Assembly: GCF_000315625.1 (NCBI RefSeq)
Contig: NW_005434584.1
Location: 249,550 to 313,549, forward strand
Origin: Guillardia theta CCMP2712
Taxonomy: Eukaryota; Protista; Cryptophyta
Direction: 5' to 3'
DNA: 64,000 nucleotides
Shown: one piece after another, positions 34,123 to 48,826 of the stretch
How the letters are laid out: each line of letters begins with the position of its first letter
How positions within the stretch are numbered: the first letter of the stretch is position 1
Notes under the pieces: model-generated
Told to the model about the DNA's origin: nothing
What the model saw: only the letters and a program-made list of their open reading frames with translations
Database searches by the model: none
Program-made: the position numbers and the translations under genes

Positions 34123-37100
34123 TCACTGCTTGTACTGCAAGGGAGGGTGACTAGGAGCAGGAGCGAGTCAAAGGGTTTGGGGTTTAGGGTACCTGTCTGA
34201 TCTCTCGCATCAGAGCCGTCACTTCCTCTCTGTCCACCATCTCGCTCTCCAACAACCTCTGACAGAAAATCTGTTGGCAACCCTTCGTCAGTCTCATCTC
34301 ATCCCTCCTCCTCCTCCTCCATTACCTCCGCGTCATCCAGTCGATTCAGGCTGGGATTTCTAAAGTAGCGGGCGAGGAAGAGCAGGGCATCGATGGTTTG
34401 CTGGCTGTTGACCTGATCGACAAAGTGAGAGCAGATGAAGGAAGAAGAGGAGAAGGCCAGGAGGGAGGGAAGGGAGGATGGGGAGGGAGCAGTGAGTAGT
34501 GAGGAGGGTGCAGGTTGGTCTGCTCTTCGCGTCGCCTCCACCTGCTCGCTATCGAGGATCCTCAAGTTGTTCTCGTAGTGCAGCGCCGCCTGCTCAAGGT
34601 CCAGGATCTTCTCCGCGTACAGCCTGCCGAGCTTGTTGAGCGCCATCCCCTCCCTGCGCCCCCGTCAGCCGCTAGATGGATGGCTCGCCCTCGCCTGTCG
34701 CCGTTCTCGTGCGCTCGCTTGTAGCACTTGATCGCCTGCAGGCAGATGAGAGTAAGAGACCAAAGAGCAAAAAGATAGAAAAGAAAAGGAAAGAAAGAGG
34801 GAGGGGGAGAGAGAGGGAGGGAGGGAGGGAGGGAGGGAGGGAGGGAGGGAGGGGGAGAGGGAGAGAGGGCGAGGGAGGGAGGGAGGGATGGAGAGGGAGG
34901 CAGGGAGGAACCTCGGGGTATTTGTCGAGGCACTCGTAGCACTGACCCATGGCACACCTACAGGTAATGTTAGCAACCTTGAGGTCAACGGCAACTGACA
35001 TGCTACCACATCCTCGCGTCATAGGGACGTAGAGCCGTCGCCTTCCTGCCCCTTTCACGTCACACCCTCCCCCTTGTCTCCTTCCGGCACCTGAAGTAGT
35101 GAAGCGAGTAGAAATGCATCTGAAGGATCTCGTACGTCTGGTAGGATAAGGATGAGAATGTAGCGGCTCAGAGAACAGACCGGAGAAGGAAATCACGTTA
35201 AGGGAGAGAGGAAGAGAGGAGTGGGGAGGAAGAATGTATGCATCAACGGCAGGTGATAGTGTGGTAGGATGATGCAGGAGGAGGAGGAGGAGGAGGAGGA
35301 GGAGGAGGAGGAGGAGGAGGAGGAGGAATAGTAAATAGTATGATGCGGAGGCGGCAGGTAGGGTATAGCTCACCTGTCCAAGGCCGTACCACGCGCGGTA
35401 GTCGCGGCTGTTGATGTCAAGAGCCCGTCGGTAGGCCTCGATCGCAGCTGCCGTGTTTCTGATCTCGACGTACTCGTGACCCATGAGGGTCCAGGCAGAG
35501 AGGTAGTGCGAGTCCAGCTGCAGGGCGCGCTTGAAGTAGAGCACAGCCTTCTCGTGCTGCCCCTTGAGCGAGTAGTAGTTGCCTGCTTCTCTCAGAGCTA
35601 GCGCGCGGAGTCACGAGGCTCACCAACGATGCAGCATGTCTCGGGTCGATACTTCTCGTTCTTCATGGCACTGTGAGCGACGAAACTGTAGCCCAGCATC
35701 CATCCATCCATCAGTGAAATTTTGCCGAAGAGGAGAGGAGACCTTAGCTTCGTCTTCTCTTCCTTCACGTAAAGGATGTTGGAGTACGTGTCGATGTTGT
35801 CCAGGCGATATCTGCCGGTCCGTCAGAGCTTGAGGGTGTGCGAAACATGCTTACGGGTCTTGCGAGAGGATTTGTTCAAAGGCCGACTGAGCAGAGTTGA
35901 ACTCTCTCATGTTGTACTGCGCGAGAGCCATCTGCTTCCGATGTCAGATAGTCCAAGCAGGATCAGAGCAGTTGAAGTTGAGCCTGAGAGACGATGTAGA
36001 GGGAGTGCGGGAAGATCCGCTGGAGGTCGAGGTATCGAGCAAGTGCCTGTTTGTTGCTCTGCAGCTCTAGGTCCATGTGTGCAAGGAAGAAATTCTTCAT
36101 CCAGTGATCGGGCAGGCTCAGCTCCTGCAGCTATGAAAGGGTCAATAATCCTCTTCCTCTTCCTCCTCCTCCCCCTCCCTACACCCTTCCCTGCTTCCTC
36201 CAGCCGTGGATGGACCCATGGGAGGAGACAACCTGAGGCTGCGAGTGGCAGAGGGACGCGAGCTCCAGCCACGCCCCCCAGTTCCACGGGTACGACCGCA
36301 CGGACTGTTGGAACGCCTTCCTCGCCTCGCCTTCGAGGTCCAGCGCCTTGAGAACCATCCCATACAGGAAGAGGCAGAACCCGTCGAGCTCACCCCTGCA
36401 CAAGACCCTCAGACCCGCAACGACCTACAAGCTGCTCCTGCCTGCCATTCATGCGCGCCAGCTCCTTATGTAGCTCGCTCAGCTCTGCCTCGTACTCGAG
36501 GGTCGCCGCGCTGGCGGCAGAGGAGTCGATCTCGCTCTCCTGCTTCCGCTTCTGACCGGACAGGTAGGTCGCGTATCCCCGCAAAAACACTCCTCGGCTC
36601 GATCGGCACTCCCGCAGAAGGTAAGCCGCTCGCCTGGACGAGCGATCAGCATGAGGTCACGGTCAAGTCGGAGACGCACTTGTACTCCTTCACATCCACA
36701 TAAGTTTTCGCGAGGTCGACAAGGTCCTCCTCCTCTCCTCCCTTCCTCTGCCCTGTAGACATCCGCTGAGCCGCCGCCGCCTCATCTGCCGTCACTTCAC
36801 TAGCAAACCCGTTGAGCTATCAGCAGGTGGTCAGCATGGAGCTGGATGCTGGTCAGCACATGGCGCTGTACCTGCTCTGCCGCCCACTTGGCTCCAAACA
36901 GAAGTCCATGCTCAGAGAGATGTTTCAAGGCAAGGCGAAGCTCACCCTGGCAAGAGTCAAGAAAGACACCAGTCACCAAAATCTCAAGCGATCAGACTAT
37001 GGACATGTTTTCTATGTACGCATGTACATCATCAAGACAAAAGACAATCTCAAACAATGTCTCCAGAAAACTTCAAGGATTGCAGGGCGTTCAAGGGAAA

Positions 37101-37261
37101 GGCGGTTGGCATGAGCAGACGGGATCTCTTAGTATCAGCGTGTTGAGAATGTAAGATCTCTTGGCATCCACATGATCATTTTCATCTCTCGCATCTTCGC
37201 GTCTCTTCACCTTCATCAGCTGCGGCTGCTCCTCCACCTCCATCGCCGACCCTCCCGCCAT
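34123..37261 (-). CDS. CDC23: Anaphase-promoting complex subunit 8 (Cdc23), TPR protein, multi-exon
   Basis: [88 protein letters not shown]. Confidence 0.95.
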
Positions 37262-37725
37262 TTTTGAACGATGAAACATTTGACTTTTTACTCATCGAAG
37301 GATTGTGAAACAAATCAAGCTTGCCTCATGTGATTTTATGGAAAACCAAAAAGACAGCAATTACTACTAGGTGGTTTCTCTATCTCTCGGTTGTGACTCT
37401 CTGCCAGGCCCGCCCGGGGCTCCGAGTGCAAGTGCGGGCTATGATGCATATGTGCAAGACCTGTGTTAACTAAAAGCGAAGAGCCGCTGGGCATGGAGTC
37501 CGAGCGACGAAGAGGAGGAGAGGGAGAGGGAGAGGGAGGGGGAGAGGGAGGGGGAGGAGGAAGGAGGAGAGGGAGAGGGAGAGGGAGAGGGAGAGGGAGG
37601 AGGAAGGAGGAAGGAGGAGAGGAGAAGAGGGAGGAGGATATGGGTGAAGTGAGTGAACGCATGTCTCTGATGCTTGGTGTGAAGGTAACGGGGTGCTTGA
37701 CGACGCGAGACATCTTCGAGGGAGG

Positions 37726-39894
37726 ATGGTAGCCAGCAGGACTCTCAAGCTTGTGAGCGCATCGGCTCTGTGCATGCTCGTCCTCGTCGTTGCTCTTGTG
37801 TCGTTCCATCCTACCAGTCCCTCTCGCTTGTTGTCGTTGGGAGGAGACGAGGCTCAATCCTCTTCCCACGCGTGGGGCAGGTGCTTGAGAAGGAGAGGAA
37901 GGGCGGGGGGAATCTGATGAATGGTGTTCACAGGCTTCGAGATCGTACAAACTCCCGCTCCTCCTCTCCTGAGGTAACCTCCTCCCCTTTCTTCTATGCC
38001 TTGTGTGTTTGTGCCATGCGTTGTTTCTTGCTCAACTTCTTGTCCTGTCTTGTGCATCCCACCCTCGTCTCATCGATCGCTGCAGTCCTGGAAGTCTGGG
38101 AGGCGCTTGAGGGAGAGCATCTCCGACGCTCAGGTAGTTGGCGCTGCTGTGAGTCGGTGTATGAGGGGCGAGCAGGCGAGCTTGCGGCGTCTGCGAGGGA
38201 GAGAGGAGCTGCTGAGGGCGCGTCAGGCAGCGATCAAGCAGGAGGTGAGGGGAGACGTGGACTGTGAGAGTCTCTCTGACGCTCCTCTAGATCTCCCGCC
38301 TCACTTCCGCCGCTCAAATGGCGGAGGAGCAGCTGAAGGGGCTGAGGGGGCAGTACACCATGCAGGTCCGCGACTTGAGGATGGAGTACAAGCAGGCCAA
38401 GGCAGCACTCAAGCTGGCGAGAGACAAGGAAGAGAGGATGCTGGCGAAGAACGACGAGGAGCGTTCTCAGCTGCGCCAAGAGGTCACGTGGCATCGGATG
38501 CCGTCGGTCTGCCATCCAATACTGAGACTTGCTTGATAGATTATCGCACAAGTCGAGCGACTTGCGTTTTACAAGCAACAAGCAAAACTTGCCAACGACG
38601 AGGTCAGTCGCATTCGTCTGCTGTCTGTCCTGATGTCTTCACAGGCTTCCAACATACATCGCCGAGCGGAATCGCTCAGGGCCGACGAGTTGGAGAGCCG
38701 AGACGTGGCGCACAAGTTGGAAGACTTGACGTCAGCAGTCAAGTGAGTTCAGCTGACCCCCATGATAGAGGAGGAGGCGCGTCAAGGAGGAGCTGAGAAG
38801 TCTGAGTGGTCATCGACGCTGAGTGTGACGAGTTTGACTTGCAGGGCCGCTGAGCAAAGGTCGAAGGGCAGGAAGAAGACAGCTGAGGTTGAGTCGGACT
38901 TCATCGACCAGTACACCAAGATCAACGCCAGGGCCTCTGCTGCCGTCGCCGCTCGTGATTCTCGCAGAATTCAAGTTGATGCAGAGACGAGAGTCGAGGA
39001 GAAGCTTGAAGCTGCTGCTAAGGCAGCGGCTGATGCAGCGGCCGCCGAATCGAAGGAGAAGATGAAGGAAGCGAGTGAGTATGCGGCGAAGGCCGAGCAG
39101 GTGGATCAAGAGTTGCTGTCCGCGAGGGCGGAGAAAGCACAGGCGTTGCTAGAGGAGAGGAAGTCGATCTTGTCGCTGGAGGATGCCAAGGAGGAGTATG
39201 ACAGGATCATGGCAGCCATAGAACAGGCGGAGAACGAGACGAGGAGCGAGAACTCGCTCGTTGACCTGCTGGACGCAAAGCTGAGGCACCTGGAGACGGA
39301 GGGGAAGCTCGCGCAGCTCAAGGAGGAGGGGGATGCCGCGCTGGCGGATCTGGCGAGGTCGCAAGGAGAGAAGGAGCTGCAGGCGATGGAGGAGAAGCAG
39401 ACGGTCAACGAGCAGATCGCGACCGACGAGAAAGCGCGACGGGAGCAGCTGCTGTCCGACATGCTGCAAGAGCTCGGCGAGGACCTGGCGGCTCATAACC
39501 TTGCAGACTCGCTCCGAGCCCGCGCCGAGTTTGTGGGGCAGAACGCGACGGCAGCAATGGAACGAGCTGAGAAGCGCGACAAAGAGGTATGACACGAGTC
39601 GAGCTGGACCCCAACTGGTTGGTCTGACGTCTCCCTGTCAGGCGGACACGCTGCTGGGGTCTGTCTACAACTTGGGAGTGTTGGCAAGAGAAGCAGCTGA
39701 GGTGAGACAGCTCTCGAGCTTCCTGCGCTCCCTTTCTCCTCTCGTTGGCTCGTCCTGATGTGCTTGGGCAGGTGGCGGCCAGGGAGCGGGTGAAGGCTCA
39801 AGGAGTCGTTCCGTGCGGCTCCTCCTGCGTGACTCCCGTAGCGGCTGTGGCGAATCCTTCGGTGAGTGTGCACGTGGTGCCCAACGGTCAATAG
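37726..39894 (+). CDS. Hypothetical membrane-anchored coiled-coil protein (multi-exon; ends approximate)
   Basis: N-terminal hydrophobic segment ALCMLVLVVALVSF; E/A/K-rich coiled-coil exons (38318-38482, 38845-39586). Confidence 0.6.
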
Positions 39895-39978
39895 AGAGTT
39901 GAAGAATAGATGAACGTGTACCATGACAAAGTCCTCCACCTCCTCCTTCTCTCCTTCTCTCCTCCTCCTCCTCCTACA

Positions 39979-42900
39979 TCATTGCTTCTTCTTCTTCTTC
40001 TTCTTCCCATCCTTGCTTGTGCCCCCGACTGAGCTCTCCTCGGTGACCCGCGTGGCTTCACTCTCCTCCTCCTTGTCTCCGACCTGCTGCTCCTCTCCCT
40101 CTCGCCCAGCCCACATCCCTCCCGCCTCACCCTCCGAGCTGTAAAAATCTGCCAAGGACGTGAGCAGCTGAGGCCAGCAAGTCGCTCTCACCTGCTGGCT
40201 GCGAAGGCGAGAGAGCGTCGAGAGTTTCTGAAGAGAGAGGAAGCGAAGAGAAGGAAGAGACAAGTCAGAGCGAGGGAGAAAGAGAGTCAGGGGAAGAGAA
40301 GCAACGGTGAGGGCACATGGCAGTCTACCTGTCTTCTCTTGGACCAGCTCAGGGCGGCTCGAAGTCTCAGCAGGAGGTGAAGGGATCAAGTCCTCGTCGA
40401 AGAGCATCGTGCTTGCCGCAAGCCCTGGGCCCCCTGAGCTTCCCCTACCTTCGCCATCGCTGTCTTCCTCGTCACTCGTCCAGCTGTCTCGTCCAGCTGC
40501 GGCTGGCCCTGAGGGTCCAGTACCCTCACTCGCCCTCTGCGCCTGCCCCATGAGCGACATCCCAGCTCTGAGCGAGCTGCTCCAGGAGCTGGGGGCCCTG
40601 AGGCTCGAGGGAGGGGCAGGCGCGAGAGGTTCGACCAGGAAGTAGTCGTCGAGGTCGCTCTCGCGAAGCTCCTCCGCCCGTCCACCAATGAGAGACGTGG
40701 GGACCTGGCAAGGGGTCCTGTCACCTCTTGAAAGAGGGGGAAAGTACCGGTATGACCTGCTCGTGTAGGATCTCTTTGTCCTGCATGTCCTGCTTCTGGT
40801 GCTCGAAGGAATAAAACTTGACGGACGGGCAGGACCAGATCGACTCCTCCCCCCGCTCGTGAGTCTGCATCTCCACGTTCGCAACCCACTTGGGCAGGCC
40901 TCCCTTGCCTCGTTCCCCCTTTCCCCCTTCACCTCTTCCTCCTCCTTCACCTCTTCCTCCTCCTTTTCCTTCTCCTCCTCCCCCAACTTCTTGTTCTCCT
41001 CGTCCCTCTGGTCCCTCTACCCCGACATGCTCCTTCCAGTGTTGACAATCGCATGCTGCCATCCACGATCGCAATGACACAAGAGGGAGCGATCCTGGCT
41101 GAAAGCCCTGCCTCTCTCCTTCCCAGCTGCGTTCCCAGCAGAAGTCCAACAAGCCCTTGAGCAGCAGCGTCAGAGGTGCCTCGCCTGCTTCCTCGTCTAC
41201 CTGACTCTCCGTCTCCAGCAGCAGCAGCTCTCGATGCGTCTCGGGATCCACGTGTGCGCGAGGAGAGAGACGATAGCGGGCCATCCGAGCGTCTCCTGAC
41301 ACCACCAGCAACAGGCAGCCAGCCGCAGAGGAGGAGGAGGAGGAGACTCTGTCTCCAGCAAAGTGAAGGCAAGTCTTGGCCGTCCTGCCGGAGGAAGGGA
41401 GAGGTTCTCGTGCTCTGATCCTCGTGGTGGCAAACAAGGTGATGGGGCCTTGAGGGAGAGAAAGAGAGGAGGAGGCAGAGGGGTAGGAAGCGCCAGCGCA
41501 AGAGTAGGAAGAGGAGGAGAGGGCGTGAGTCTCGACCGTCGCAGCGCTACCGTCGGCGTTGATGGCATAGAGGTGGACTGTACTGCTCTTGGAGGTGATG
41601 GCGACCCATCGGGTGTCCCAGCTGAAGGCGATGTCGACGATGGTCGTGCTCGTCACTCCCCGCACAAGCTTGTACAGATGCCGGGGAGCCAACACACGCG
41701 GCCCCTTCCCGTCCCTCCCCCTCGCCTCCACCTGGAAGATGTTGATGTTGTGCCCGTCCTGCCCGCACGCTTGTCAGGGGGGGTGAAGGGAATGAACGGG
41801 AGTCACCGCAGCTGCCGTCACGAGGAGGAGACCGCTGGGGTCGAACTGCAGCATTGCGAGCGGACAGTCGTGAGCTCGGAAGTGATGGACTACCTCATCA
41901 GACTGAAGGTCGCGGAGCAGCACAGTCCCTGCGTGCTCCAGGTAAGGCTCGGGAGGGGAAGGAGCAGCAGGAGGGGAAGAGCCAAGGTACGAGTTGAGAG
42001 TCCTAGACCAGCGTTAGTCCAACACAATCTGTTCCTCCTGTCTCCTCCAACCGCAGCCCGAGCTCTCCCAGCTGCTTCGCGCCAGATGCCATGCTGCCTG
42101 CGACTCCCACCCCGACGTCGAGGTACGCGCTGCCGTAGGAGTTGAAGGAGGCGACATGCCCGCCAGCTCCCTTCCTCGGGGCCTCGTCGGCGGGATAAGC
42201 CATCCACCTCGGGCCAAGCGCGAGGAGCTGCAGAGGGTCAGAGGAGACGATGACGCTCAAGTCTTTGCGTCACCCCAGCAGACGTCGGGCAGGGGAAAGT
42301 GTTCAAGACACGGACGAGGCTGAGCGTGGCGATGTCGTGAACAAGGATCTGAGGGAGAGGATGAGAAGCAAACGATGAGATCGATAGGAAGAGACAGGCC
42401 GACAGATCACAACAGCAGCAGCTGCTCTCACCCTCATCCTCTCACTTGTAAGTGAGAGGATGAGAGTGAGGAAAACGAGGAGTAGAGAAGATTGAAGCGG
42501 GTTCAAGACGCTCAACGATGAGACCTGCTCCTTGAGCTGCACGACGACATGCTGACGGTTGCAGGCAACGACGTGAATGTCGGCGTGGAAGCGAAGGGCG
42601 TGAAAGGGTGTGTCCTCCTTCAAGCTCAAGATCTTCACCTCCTTCATATCCCCCAGCTCGTCTCCAGCCACCAGCGCCACTGCCGGCTGTCGCCCAGCAA
42701 GAAGAGCGCCGGGAGGAAGAGCAACAGACGGGATGACCTTGACCAGCCTCGTGTATCCCTGACGATACATCAGTCACCCATGCCTCCTCGGAGCGAGCAC
42801 TAAGAGATCAGACAGTAAGACCTGGCGGACCGATAAAACTTCTCGAAGAGGAAAAACATCCGGGAAGGAGCGACTAGTTTCTTCCTTCTCTTCCTCCTCC

Positions 42901-43571
42901 TCAGCTTCCATGACTTGCCACACTTGAAATCCATTTCTGCGACATGTATGAGCCCTGCCGCAGCTCCAGCCATGGAACCTCAAGCAGATGAAGAGAAAGC
43001 GACGACGCGAAGTCAGTCCACTGTCAACATCGAAACTGATGTGAAGCACCTGTAACATCAATCAGAGACTAGAGAGCATGATACGGTCGGGCTAGAGATG
43101 AGACCAGACATGACACAACATGACATGAGCAGAAGAAGACAGCAGAGCTTGTCAGCATTCGACCACCTCGTGTCGATCGGTCATGTCTTGAGAGCACTTC
43201 TCCTTGATAGGAAGGAATCCGGTCACGGAAGGGACGCACTGAGACAGGTAGCTCTGCGACGGCACCTGCCAAGCGACCGCTTACCCTCCCCTCGCGGCGA
43301 GGAGGAGCTTACCGATGACGACACCACCCCCACCACCCCTGACGCGACTCCTCCCAACCCTGAGACCGTCTTGGAGACACTCTCAACCTGTTGCGTGTCA
43401 GAGGAGGAGGAGGAGGAGGAGGAGGAGGAGGAGGAGGAGGAGGAGGAGGAGGAGGAGGAGGAGGAGGAGGAGGAGGAGGAGCTAGAGGCCATGAAGAGGA
43501 GGCAGAGGACGTGAAGAGCTGACCGAGGGGAGATAGTTGCCCCAGTTGGATGAGGGACTCCACGAGGACAT
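39979..43571 (-). CDS. BCAS3: BCAS3/ATG18f-h-like WD40 (PROPPIN-related) autophagy protein, multi-exon
   Basis: LALGPRWMAY, LQFDPSGLLLVTA, GHNINIF, HLYKLVRGVT...IVDIAFSWDTRWVAITS..STVHLY; C-terminal WVANVEMQTH...IW...VKF. Confidence 0.85.
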
Positions 43572-44018
43572 CTTGACCGATTGAATGCTCTAGCGTATGG
43601 GTCGAGAGCTCCTCTCTAAGGTCCTCTTTGCTTGCACGAGGTCCTCTTTGCTTGCACGAGATGTTTCATCGTGATGGAAGTTGCATTTCTGGTACCGCAG
43701 AAGAATCAACTCTTCGTTTCTTTCACTTTCTCCTGCCTGTCTCCTTACCTTCTTATCTCCTTACCTCCTCATCATCTTCTCTTCTTCTTTTCTTCTCTTC
43801 TTCTCTTCTTCTTTTCTTCTCTTCCTCCCTTCTCCACTCGTCCTCCTCGGTCAATCCTTGTTCCCCTGAAATTTAATGTTGCAATGCGGGAATTCCCTGT
43901 TGCACCCTTGTAAGTACGCAGTCAACTATTTGTGTTAAGTACGCATTCCGGCGTGACGGAGTCACGGTAGCGGCCGTACCGTGTAGTACGGTCGATCGGA
44001 CCGGGCCGGCAGGCCCGT

Positions 44019-47000
44019 TGACGGAATACAAGTTTGTTAGACTTGTACTAGTCCAAAGTCACGCAGATATCACATCGACCTTAGTTGTAACAAGACAGTT
44101 TTGCTCAAGACCAAGTTTAATGCACACAAAAACCAGAATTGAGGAGCACATGAGAGATAGACTGTATGCTAGGACTCGATGTGAACCCCCAGCATCCAGA
44201 CATGAGAGGACCTTAACAAGACGGCTAGGAAAGCCCCCTCTTCGTCCCACACGCTACATGCCGCCTTGAAACACGTAAGTCGTCTTGGTATACAGGAGAG
44301 TTTTTGTTAACCGGCGGCGCTATCTGACTCAGGCTGGCACGGCTGGCATCAGTACGCTCCGATCCTCCCACCGACTTCCTGAGACGGTACGTTACGTCGG
44401 ACGTCAGAAAGTCACACAAACAAGAAAATGTCAGCAGAGTTCCAAGTCGAGATACGATAGGGCTATTAGATGTGCAGTAAAGAGATAAGGAGATGCATAG
44501 CGAGCGGATGCAATGAAGAGAGATAGAGTAAAGATAAGAGTGTCTGAGAAGAGAGAAGATAAGAGAAGACGAGAGAAGTTTGCTCGCCAGCATTTGAAGA
44601 CCAAAAGATAAATTTTTGAACCGTGAAGAACTTGTGACCAGAGATTGCTGTCGCGAGATTGGAACATCCGTTTCAAGGCATTTGAAGATGTTTTGCAGTT
44701 GTACCTTGTTCGCCGATCCAGATTGAAGTAGCTCCAGTTATGCATGCCACAGCCTAGCTCCATGACATGAAAACTTCCGCCAGATCTCCTGGTAGTTCCA
44801 TTTGATCCTACTCAAAGATCAAGAAAAATAAGAATCGAATAAGCTCCCAAGTGTGTTTCCACAGTTCGAGTCAGATATTCGACCGACCAATCTGGCTGGG
44901 GAAAGGCTTGTTTTTCCTATTCGAAGATCAATCAAACAATTTGAGGCTGAGATGAGAGGCCTAAACAACTTGCGGCTAGAGAGAGAGCCTGATTGAAGAG
45001 AGGAGTCATCCGAATGTGTAAGGCTTGATAGAATTGCATGAATTTTCAACAGCAACGAAACGATACCAAGAAAGAAAAAACTCCAGTAAACAATTCAACT
45101 AACCAAATATAAGATCAACATGATTGAGCATGTAATCGAGGCTCATAACCGACGGAATACAAGTTTGTTAGACTTGTACTAGTCCAAAGTCACGCAGATA
45201 TTGTATACACAACACAGAGGTTCAGAACGAGGCTAAGCAGAAGTTAGGAGATAACTTGAGAGCAAGAGAACAAAGGTAGACTACGTTTACTTAAGGTAAA
45301 CTGCACACACGCACTGCGCACGGTAGCGCATGCGCGTCAAAGGGAGGCCGTATTTAGATGTCAGGGCGGATACTAAGTACCCGTACGAGTATCCGAGACG
45401 TCCGGATCCTCACGGATACAACATCGCTCCCATCTGCGCTTGACAACATAGTTCCATCTTGTCCTTCGCTGTCACATGAGGATCGACGACGAGGATCAAT
45501 TGTCTGAATCAGAAGAGTCCGACGGCGGAAGCGCGGAGGTGGGGAGAGCTTGAAAGTCCTGACGGGCTTCGAATTGACGAATCAATTCACGCAATCCTGT
45601 CTTGCGTTGCAGAAGATGCGCAGGCAACCAAGTGCTTTCGCTAGCTTGATTGTAACCAGTCCATTTGACGAGATATTGAGTGCCACGGCCACGACGACGT
45701 TTGCTGAGAATGCTCTCGATTTCATATTCGAGGCCGTCGCGAGTGACGAGCGGGTCAGGCGGTAGGTCTGGCGACATGTAAGCAGGATCTCTGTCGACGT
45801 GAGGTCGAAGCCACTTGATGTTGATCACGGTGTTCCTGATGGAAGCAAAGCGCGATGAGACTTCGAGACGCACGGTGTTGTCCGAGACAAACTCCAGGAG
45901 TGGAGAGCCAGACCATGTCACCAACTTGGTAACTGGAGGGTCGACGAGCAAGAGCTAGGCGATCCTCGGTGGCACGAGCAGCTTGTTCCAGGGCGTCACG
46001 AGCGGCTTGAGCGCTGACTTCAGAGGCTTCGATGATGGAATCTAGCGTTTCCTCCTGATGATCAGCGGCAGCTGGAAGAGTGAGCTGAGTGCGGATCTGC
46101 TTGCCAAACATCACTTCGAAGGGGCTGAGTCCAGTAGGACGTCGCACGGCGGCGTTAAGATGGGTCTCCAGGATGGGAAGATACTTGTCCCAGTCGGCAC
46201 GAGGGTACTGATTGCAGTAGATGCGAAGAGCTTCGAGCACAACTGAGTTCATACGCTCGGGTCGGCCGTTGCTTTGAGGCATGAAGGGCGACGAATGCTT
46301 GACGTGAACGTTGAGCATCTTGAAAAGCGCATTCCAGAACTTGGAGGTAAAGAACCTTGGGAAGGCCTTGCGAACGAAACACTCTTCTGAGCGGCTTGCT
46401 CAGAGGTAATGGTTTTACGACAAGGTGTCAGGTACACCCGTCCTGTGAACTCATCAATGAAGAGTAAAATAGAATCCGATTCTTATCTGAGGTCCGAGGT
46501 AGGCCAGTGAGGAGGTCGAGAGACACGACTTCGAATCGGTTGGCCGGCACTGCATGGGAGTGCGGGTTGCCCATCTGCTTTTGGCGATAGGACTTGCCTT
46601 GAAGACAGTGAGTACACGAGAGGATGTACAGCTCGGTGTCCTTGCGGAGTTGAGGCCAGTAGACGGTCGCGGCGAGTTGTAAGTAGGTCCGCGAGAATCC
46701 AAGGTGAGACTGCAGATCGTGAGCACGTTGCAAGACTTCGCGCCGAAGAGCTTGAGGAATGCAGAGGCGCACGCGACGTAACGAATCTGTGTAGAAGAGT
46801 AGGCCGTCGTCGAGATGATACCGGGAAACAACTGTCTTGGATTGCAGACGTCGAATGATGTCCTGACTGAACGAGCAGGCAGGGTAAGCGGCTCGAATAG
46901 CTTCGGTAAGCGGTTCGAGGGTGCTCACGGTGAACGCAAGCAAGTATCCGTCTTCAGGACGGATGAGCTGCTCATGATGCGGAGCATCAGTGGAAAGGGC

Positions 47001-48826
47001 AGGGAGAGGAACGAAGAGGAGGAGGCTTGAGCAGCAGCAGCAGAAGCAGAAGGTGTCGACATCGAGCGATTGGACGGCTCAAGTAACTTCTGTGTGTAGG
47101 CGACAAGTTGAGAAAACATAGCGGCACCTATTCCGTAGTGGTCGCGATAAATGGCGAACCAGGTATGCAGCGAGCCACGCGTCTGAGCGCATTGATGAAG
47201 AGACGTAAGGTCGTGTCATTGACGTAAAGAACTGCTGCGCTGACTTGCTTCTCAAGTGTCTTGAGCAAGGTCGTAGCACGCGCCAAATAAGCTCCGAAGA
47301 GGACTGCTTCAGCTCGGCGAGTTCAGCCTGATAATCCTTGGAACGCATGGCGGGCGCCATGCAGTTGCGGAGCTGATTGCCAAACTCGGTCCAGGAAAGA
47401 CGATGGATGTCCATCTGCGAGGGATAGATACAATCGAGCATCACCATTACCTCTTCCGTAATCAACGGGCATATGGATTGCACCCGGCATTTGGCTTCGG
47501 GGATCTCTTGCGAGGCCAGAGCTCGTGAACACTGCCGAAGAAAGTCATCGATCGAACGTGTATCGGTCATACCCTTGTAGGTGGGGATGCGGCTCCCGTT
47601 AAATTTGGGCGCCACGGTGCCACCGTGGGAGTAGGCAGAACTTGGAAAGTGTCCGTCGAAGGCGCGGATGGCGGAGTGAGCTGAGCTGGCACGATGCTGT
47701 CCGATGGGACCTTCAGGGGGACGGAATTCATAGATGGAGCTGGCATCGGCGTGAGGACAGCATCCGACAGGGGCGCCTGGCCGGTCAGCATGGAGAGCTG
47801 AGGCGCCAGCACGGCAAGACGTGGGTCATTGTCGGCTAAGATGGCACAAATGTGGCCGAGCAGTTGGAGGCATTTGTCTGTTTTAGCATCCAACGTTGCG
47901 AGGTGATCAGAAGAAAAATTTTCTGACCTGGGCAGACATGCAGGATTTGCAGAAGAGGCTGCTCGTGGTTGAGCTGTCTCGACTGATCTTGGAACATTTG
48001 GTTGGGAAGCGTCCTCCCCGATTCGGGCCCGTTGCTCCACGCCTGCTGGCATGATGCTTTGCATGTCTCCGCTCATAATAAGTTGTGTCGGGATAATCTC
48101 GGCGTCCGTTCCATGAGCACTAACTTGGAATTTCCGTTTCCCGAGCAGGGGAGATCGATTCTTGAATCTCCGTTCCCTCTTGTTCGCTACCAGAGTCTTC
48201 TTCTTGAATGAATCTTAACTCTGATTGTCTGCTTCTTGACGATGGGCTTCTCCCTGAAGCAGCTTGCTTTCTGTATCCTGTTCCTCTACCGTACTTCGAT
48301 GGCATGAATGAACCAACTTCGCTTCCAGAATGTTGTATACACAACACAGAGGTTCAGAACGAGGCTAAGCAGAAGTTAGGAGATAACTTGAGAGCAAGAG
48401 AACAAAGGTAGACTACGTTTACTTTTAAGGTAAACTGCACACACGCACTGCGCACGGTAGCGCATGCGCGTCAAAGGGAGGCCGTATTTAGATGTCAGGG
48501 CGGATACTAAGTACCCGTACGAGTATCCGAGACGTCCGGATCCTCATTGATACAAACAGATACCATATCGACCTTAGTTGTAACAAGACAGTTTTTGCTC
48601 AAGACCGAGTTTAATGCACACAAAACCAGTATTGAGGAGCACATGAGAGATGGATGTGAAACCCCAGCATCCAGACATGAGAGGACCTTAACAAGACGGC
48701 TAGGAAGCCCCCTCTTCGTCCCACACGCTACATGCCGCCTTGAAACACGTAAGTCGTCTTGGTATACAGGAGAGTTTTTGTTAACTCGGCGCTATCTGAC
48801 GGCTGGCACGGCTGGCATACGCTCCA
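44019..48826 (-). mobile_element. Small non-autonomous Copia-type LTR element (TRIM/LARD-like), copy 1; 5' LTR split by a Gypsy insertion
   Basis: LTRs of about 340 bp (44019-44360; 45151-45201 + 48564-48826), TG...CA in the family; half-tRNA-iMet-type PBS GGTTATGAGCC (45140-45150); PPT beside the 3' LTR; about 0.8 kb internal region without pol. Confidence 0.8.
45202..48558 (-). mobile_element. Internally deleted chromovirus (Ty3/Gypsy) with both LTRs
   Basis: LTRs 45202-45423 and 48331-48558; TSD GATAT/GATAC; gag 47079-48076; integrase (SNGRPERMN); chromodomain YEIESILSKR...YLVKWTGY...STW; PR/RT/RH missing. Confidence 0.9.
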